From Nitrosomonadales bacterium (lineage in GTDB: Bacteria; Pseudomonadota; Gammaproteobacteria; Burkholderiales; SG8-39): a stretch of DNA of 64,000 nt. Positions within the stretch are counted from its first letter, which is position 1; each line of letters begins with the position of its first letter. The stretch is taken from NCBI GenBank assembly GCA_005240145.1, contig SBAS01000095.1, positions 14,232 through 78,231 on the forward strand, in the 5' to 3' direction. Positions 60,507-64,000 of the stretch are shown here, in pieces. Below the pieces are notes generated by a model. It had not been told where the DNA came from. It saw nothing but the letters and a program-made list of their open reading frames with translations, and searched no databases. The position numbers and the translations under genes were made by a program.

Positions 60507-61709
60507 ATGAACACCAAACTGACGCAGTTGTCCGCGGCGCTATTTCTGACCGCATTCGCGGCCGTCGCGCTCGCGCAGACCGTCAAGGTAGGCGTGGTCC
60601 TGCCCTACACCGGTGGCGGCGCGGAATTCGCGCAGCAGGTGGACCGCGGCATCCAGACCTTCATGAAGCACAATCCCAAGGCCTTCGGCCCGTACAAGAT
60701 CGAGATCGTGAAGCGCGATTCGAAGAACCCGAGCGGCGCGGAGGCCAAGACCGCAGTGCAGGAACTGATCGTGCAGGAGAAGGTGGATATCCTTACCGGG
60801 TTCATCTACTCGGGCGATGCGATCGCCTCCGCGTCGCTGTTCACCGAGGCCAAGCGGCCGGCGGTGATCATGAACGCCGGCACTGCCTGGATCACCAATC
60901 TGTCGCCGATGATCGCGCGTGTTTCGTTCTCGATGTGGCACGCCGGGCACGCGATGGGCGAGGCCGCCGCGAAGAACGTCAAGGCGAAGACCGCGGTGGT
61001 CGGCTATTCCGACTTCCCGCCGGGCAAGGACAGCCTGGATGCGTTCAAGCGCGGCTTCGAGGCCAGCGGCGGCAAGGTGATCGACGAGATTCCGATGGGC
61101 GGCCCCGGCCAGGTGCCGGACTTCACGCCGTTCTTCCAGCGCGCCAAGGACAAGAAGCCCGACGTGTTCTTCGTCTTCGTGCCCGCGGGCGACCACGCGC
61201 TCGCGGTGTTGAAGACCTACGGCGCGCTCGGCATGCGCGCGGCCGGCATCAAGCTGATCGGCCCGGGGGATATCACCCAGGACATCAAGCTGCAGGCGAT
61301 GGGCGACAACGCGGTGGGGCTGATCACCATCCACCACTACAACGCCGACCTCGACAATGCGCAGAACAAGCGCTTCGTCGAAGCATGGAAGCAGGATTTC
61401 GGCCCCAACACGACACCGGATTTCATGGGCGTGCAGGGCTACGACGGCATGGCGGCGATTGCCCACGTGGTGACCACGCTCAAGGGGAAGATCGACGCCG
61501 ATGCGGCGATCAATGCGCTGCGCGGCTGGAAGTACGACAGCCCGCGCGGGCCGATCTCGATCGATCCGCGCACGCGCGACATCGTCATGAATGAGTACCT
61601 GAGCGAAGTCGTCAAGAGCGGTGGCCGGCTGGTGCAGAAGAACATCGCCACCCTCACCGCAGTCAAGGACATGTGCAAGGAACTCGGGGAAGGGCGTTGC
61701 AAGCAATAG
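60507..61709 (+). CDS. ABC transporter substrate-binding protein (LivK/branched-chain amino acid-type fold)
   Basis: Signal peptide, 400 aa, type I periplasmic binding fold, SD AAGGAGG upstream. Confidence 0.85.
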   Translation: MNTKLTQLSAALFLTAFAAVALAQTVKVGVVLPYTGGGAEFAQQVDRGIQTFMKHNPKAFGPYKIEIVKRDSKNPSGAEAKTAVQELIVQEKVDILTGFIYSGDAIASASLFTEAKRPAVIMNAGTAWITNLSPMIARVSFSMWHAGHAMGEAAAKNVKAKTAVVGYSDFPPGKDSLDAFKRGFEASGGKVIDEIPMGGPGQVPDFTPFFQRAKDKKPDVFFVFVPAGDHALAVLKTYGALGMRAAGIKLIGPGDITQDIKLQAMGDNAVGLITIHHYNADLDNAQNKRFVEAWKQDFGPNTTPDFMGVQGYDGMAAIAHVVTTLKGKIDADAAINALRGWKYDSPRGPISIDPRTRDIVMNEYLSEVVKSGGRLVQKNIATLTAVKDMCKELGEGRCKQ

Positions 61710-61776
61710 AGAGCTCTTTCCACTCGACGCACACCACCGCCGCCCGCGCCAGCCTCCGGGGCGGCGGTTTCGTTTT

Positions 61777-62649
61777 GTGGACCTGAGCAGCTTCGTCGGC
61801 ATCCTTCTGGGCGGGATCGCCGCCGGGATGGTGCTGTTCGTCGTCTCGGTCGGCCTCTCGGTCACCATGGGGCTGATGGGCTTCGTCAACCTCGCGCACG
61901 GCGGCTTCGCCATGATCGGGGGCTACGCCATCGTCCTGTCGATGACGCATTGGGGCTTGCCGTTTCCGGCCGCGCTGGCGTTCGGATTTGTCGCCGTTGC
62001 ACTGCTCGCCGTAGTGCTCGAGCGCACGCTGTATGCGCGCCTGTACCGCGCCACCGAACTTGACCAGGTGCTGTTCACCATCGGCCTGATCTACGTCATG
62101 ATCGCCACGGTGACGCTCGGCGTCGGTCCAGAGACGCAGACCGTGGTGCTGCCGCAGTGGCTGCGCGGCCAGACCGATCTGGGTTTCATGAGCTACCGCA
62201 GCTACAGCCTCGCGCTGATCGTCGCGGGTACCGCGCTCATGCTCGCGCTGTGGCTGGGATTCGAGCGCACGCGCATCGGCGCGCAGATCCGCGCCGCGGT
62301 GGACAACCGGCGCATGGCCCAGTCCATGGGCGTGGACGTAGCGCGGCTGTTCACCCTGACCTTCGCGCTGGGCAGTGGCCTCGCGGCGGTCGGCGGCGGC
62401 CTCGGCGCGGAGATTCTCGGCCTCGATCCGCAGTATCCGTTTCGCTACCTCGCCTACTTTCTCATCGTGGTGGCGGTCGGCGGGATGGGGCGGGTGAGCG
62501 GCGTGTTCTTCGCCGCGCTCCTCATCGGCGTGCTCGATTTCGTGCTCAAGATCTACTTCCCCAAGGGCGGCACGATGTTCATCTACGCGCTCACGCTGAT
62601 TCTGCTGCTCGCGCGGCCGCACGGGCTGTTCGGCAAGAAAGGCGCCTGA
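61777..62649 (+). CDS. ABC transporter permease (LivH-like)
   Basis: Polytopic protein with the LivH family motif GGMGRVSGVFFAALLIG. GTG 61777 chosen as start. Confidence 0.8.
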   Translation: MDLSSFVGILLGGIAAGMVLFVVSVGLSVTMGLMGFVNLAHGGFAMIGGYAIVLSMTHWGLPFPAALAFGFVAVALLAVVLERTLYARLYRATELDQVLFTIGLIYVMIATVTLGVGPETQTVVLPQWLRGQTDLGFMSYRSYSLALIVAGTALMLALWLGFERTRIGAQIRAAVDNRRMAQSMGVDVARLFTLTFALGSGLAAVGGGLGAEILGLDPQYPFRYLAYFLIVVAVGGMGRVSGVFFAALLIGVLDFVLKIYFPKGGTMFIYALTLILLLARPHGLFGKKGA

Positions 62650-63629
62650 TGAATGCCGCCACCGAGCTCGCGCGCCGCCACCGCTGGCGCTGGTGGGAGG
62701 CGCTGCCGTGGATCGCAGCGCTCGCCGCATTCTTCGTATTCCCGACTTATCTTGCCTTCGGCACCCAGGTCCTGATCACGATTCTGTTCGCGCTGTCGCT
62801 CGATCTCGTGCTGGGCTACGCGGGCATCGTCACGCTCGGGCACGCGGCTTTCTTCGGCGCCGGCGCTTATACGGTGGGGATGCTGGCGGCGCACTGGGGC
62901 TGGAATGAGCCGATATCGGGACTCGTTGCCGCGGCGTTCGTCGCGGGCGCCATCGGGCTCGCAAGCGGGTTGGTGTTGTTGCGCACCCATGGACTCGCGC
63001 TGCTGATGCTTACCTTGTGCACCATGGCGTTGCTCGAACAGGCCGCCAACATGGGCGCGGCGTGGACGGGCGGTTTCGACGGCATGCCGGGACTTTCGTT
63101 CAGCAGGATCCTTGGCCTGTTCTCCTTCGATGTGCTGTATTTCCGCTCTCAGTATTTGTACACGCTGGCGGTGCTCTTCCTGTGCTTCGTGCTCGTGCGC
63201 ATGCTGGTCTACTCGTCCTTCGGCCAGAGTCTGACGGGAGTTCGCGAGAATCTCCTGCGCATGCATGCGGTGGGCGCCCCTGTGAGAACGCGCCAGGTGC
63301 TTGCCTACACGGTCTCGGCGGCGCTGGCCGGCGTCGCCGGAGCGCTGTTCACCCAGTCGAATACCTATGTAAACCTGGCGGTGCTCGGTCTGGAGCGTTC
63401 CGCCGGAGTGATGATCGTGTTGATCCTGGGCGGGTACGGGCGGCTCTACGGCGCGTTCGTCGGCGCCATCGCCTACATGGTGCTCGAACACTCGCTCGCC
63501 AAGGCCTACCCGACGGCCTGGCAGCTCGGGCTCGGCTTGACGCTGGTTTTGGTGGCGCTCTATGCACGCAACGGGGTGATAGGGATCCTCGTATCCCTGC
63601 GCCGGCGCTTCGCGGGGACCGCCCGGTGA
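62649..63629 (+). CDS. ABC transporter permease (LivM-like)
   Basis: Start at an ATG sharing 1 nt with the upstream stop. LDLVLGYAGIVTLGHAAFFGAGAY motif. Confidence 0.82.
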   Translation: MNAATELARRHRWRWWEALPWIAALAAFFVFPTYLAFGTQVLITILFALSLDLVLGYAGIVTLGHAAFFGAGAYTVGMLAAHWGWNEPISGLVAAAFVAGAIGLASGLVLLRTHGLALLMLTLCTMALLEQAANMGAAWTGGFDGMPGLSFSRILGLFSFDVLYFRSQYLYTLAVLFLCFVLVRMLVYSSFGQSLTGVRENLLRMHAVGAPVRTRQVLAYTVSAALAGVAGALFTQSNTYVNLAVLGLERSAGVMIVLILGGYGRLYGAFVGAIAYMVLEHSLAKAYPTAWQLGLGLTLVLVALYARNGVIGILVSLRRRFAGTAR

Positions 63630-64000
63630 GCAGCAGCGCCATGCTGGAGACCAAAGGCTTGTGCAAGAGCTTCGGTGCCCTTGAAGTCGCGCGCGACATC
63701 GATTTTCGGCTCGAACGCGGCGCGCGCCAGGCCCTGATCGGTCCCAACGGCGCAGGCAAGACCACCTTCGTCAACCTCCTGACCGGAGTGCTGGCGCCGT
63801 CGCGCGGCAGCGTCCTGCTCGAAGGCAAAGACGTGACCACGCTCGCGCAGGCGAGCAGGGTCAAGCGCGGCATCGCGCGCACTTTCCAGATCAACCAGCT
63901 CTTTCGCGGCCTCACCGTGCTCGAGAACGTGTGCATCGCGGTGTCGGAGCGCCTTAGCGTGGGCGGTTCGATGCTGCGTCCAGCGGGCGCGCGCGCCGCT
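63626..64000 (+). CDS. ABC transporter ATP-binding protein (LivG-like), 3' end beyond window
   Basis: Manual translation: VSSSAMLETKGLCKSFGALEVARDIDF...LIGPNGAGKTTFVNLLTG (Walker A). GTGA overlap with the upstream stop. Confidence 0.85.
   Translation, partial: MSSSAMLETKGLCKSFGALEVARDIDFRLERGARQALIGPNGAGKTTFVNLLTGVLAPSRGSVLLEGKDVTTLAQASRVKRGIARTFQINQLFRGLTVLENVCIAVSERLSVGGSMLRPAGARAA

Overview
This is a GC-rich, origin-proximal core chromosome segment of a proteobacterium. The gene order (atpIBEFHAGDC, parBA, rsmG, mnmG, then mnmE-yidC-yidD-rnpA-rpmH, then dnaA-dnaN-gyrB, then topB-smg-dprA / def-fmt-rsmB-DUF4390-NtrYX-like) looks betaproteobacterial. Coding strand switches at the rpmH/dnaA spacer. 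The left end carries a glpD-HAD-TauE-CoA-transferase operon, an orphan OmpR-type two-component pair, a decayed creD remnant and a GST. An MFS transporter and GTP-dependent PEP carboxykinase sit between mnmG and mnmE. The right third (about 47.8-64 kb) is metH followed by an aromatic-acid catabolic block. That block holds pobA, a 4HBT thioesterase, pcaB, pcaHG, maiA and a FAH-family hydrolase, interleaved with a MetE-like/FAD-oxidoreductase pair, a TRAP transporter, DUF1330 and a Liv-type ABC transporter. I found no tRNA or rRNA genes, CRISPR arrays, IS elements, prophage or recognisable defence genes. I therefore do not see a clear undescribed multi-gene system. Features not visible in the ORF track: two parS sites upstream of mnmG; DnaA boxes flanking dnaA with an AT-rich stretch before dnaN; a 31-aa bTHX ribosomal protein gene; a 38-aa hydrophobic ORF with a consensus SD; rpmH; and sigma70-like promoters for the atp operon and rpmH. 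The best leads for follow-up are a DegP-like PDZ protein that has lost all three catalytic residues and is tightly linked to pobA, and a Zn-site-intact MetE-like/FAD-oxidoreductase/TRAP/DUF1330 module inside the protocatechuate cluster. Other leads are fmt with only a CTG available as start codon, a structured terminator/antiterminator leader before metH, and an NtrX-like regulator with a dead AAA+ core. Many long ORFs in the track are antisense or out-of-frame shadows typical of high-GC DNA and were rejected. All functional calls rest on my own recognition of motifs and synteny; no database search was run.
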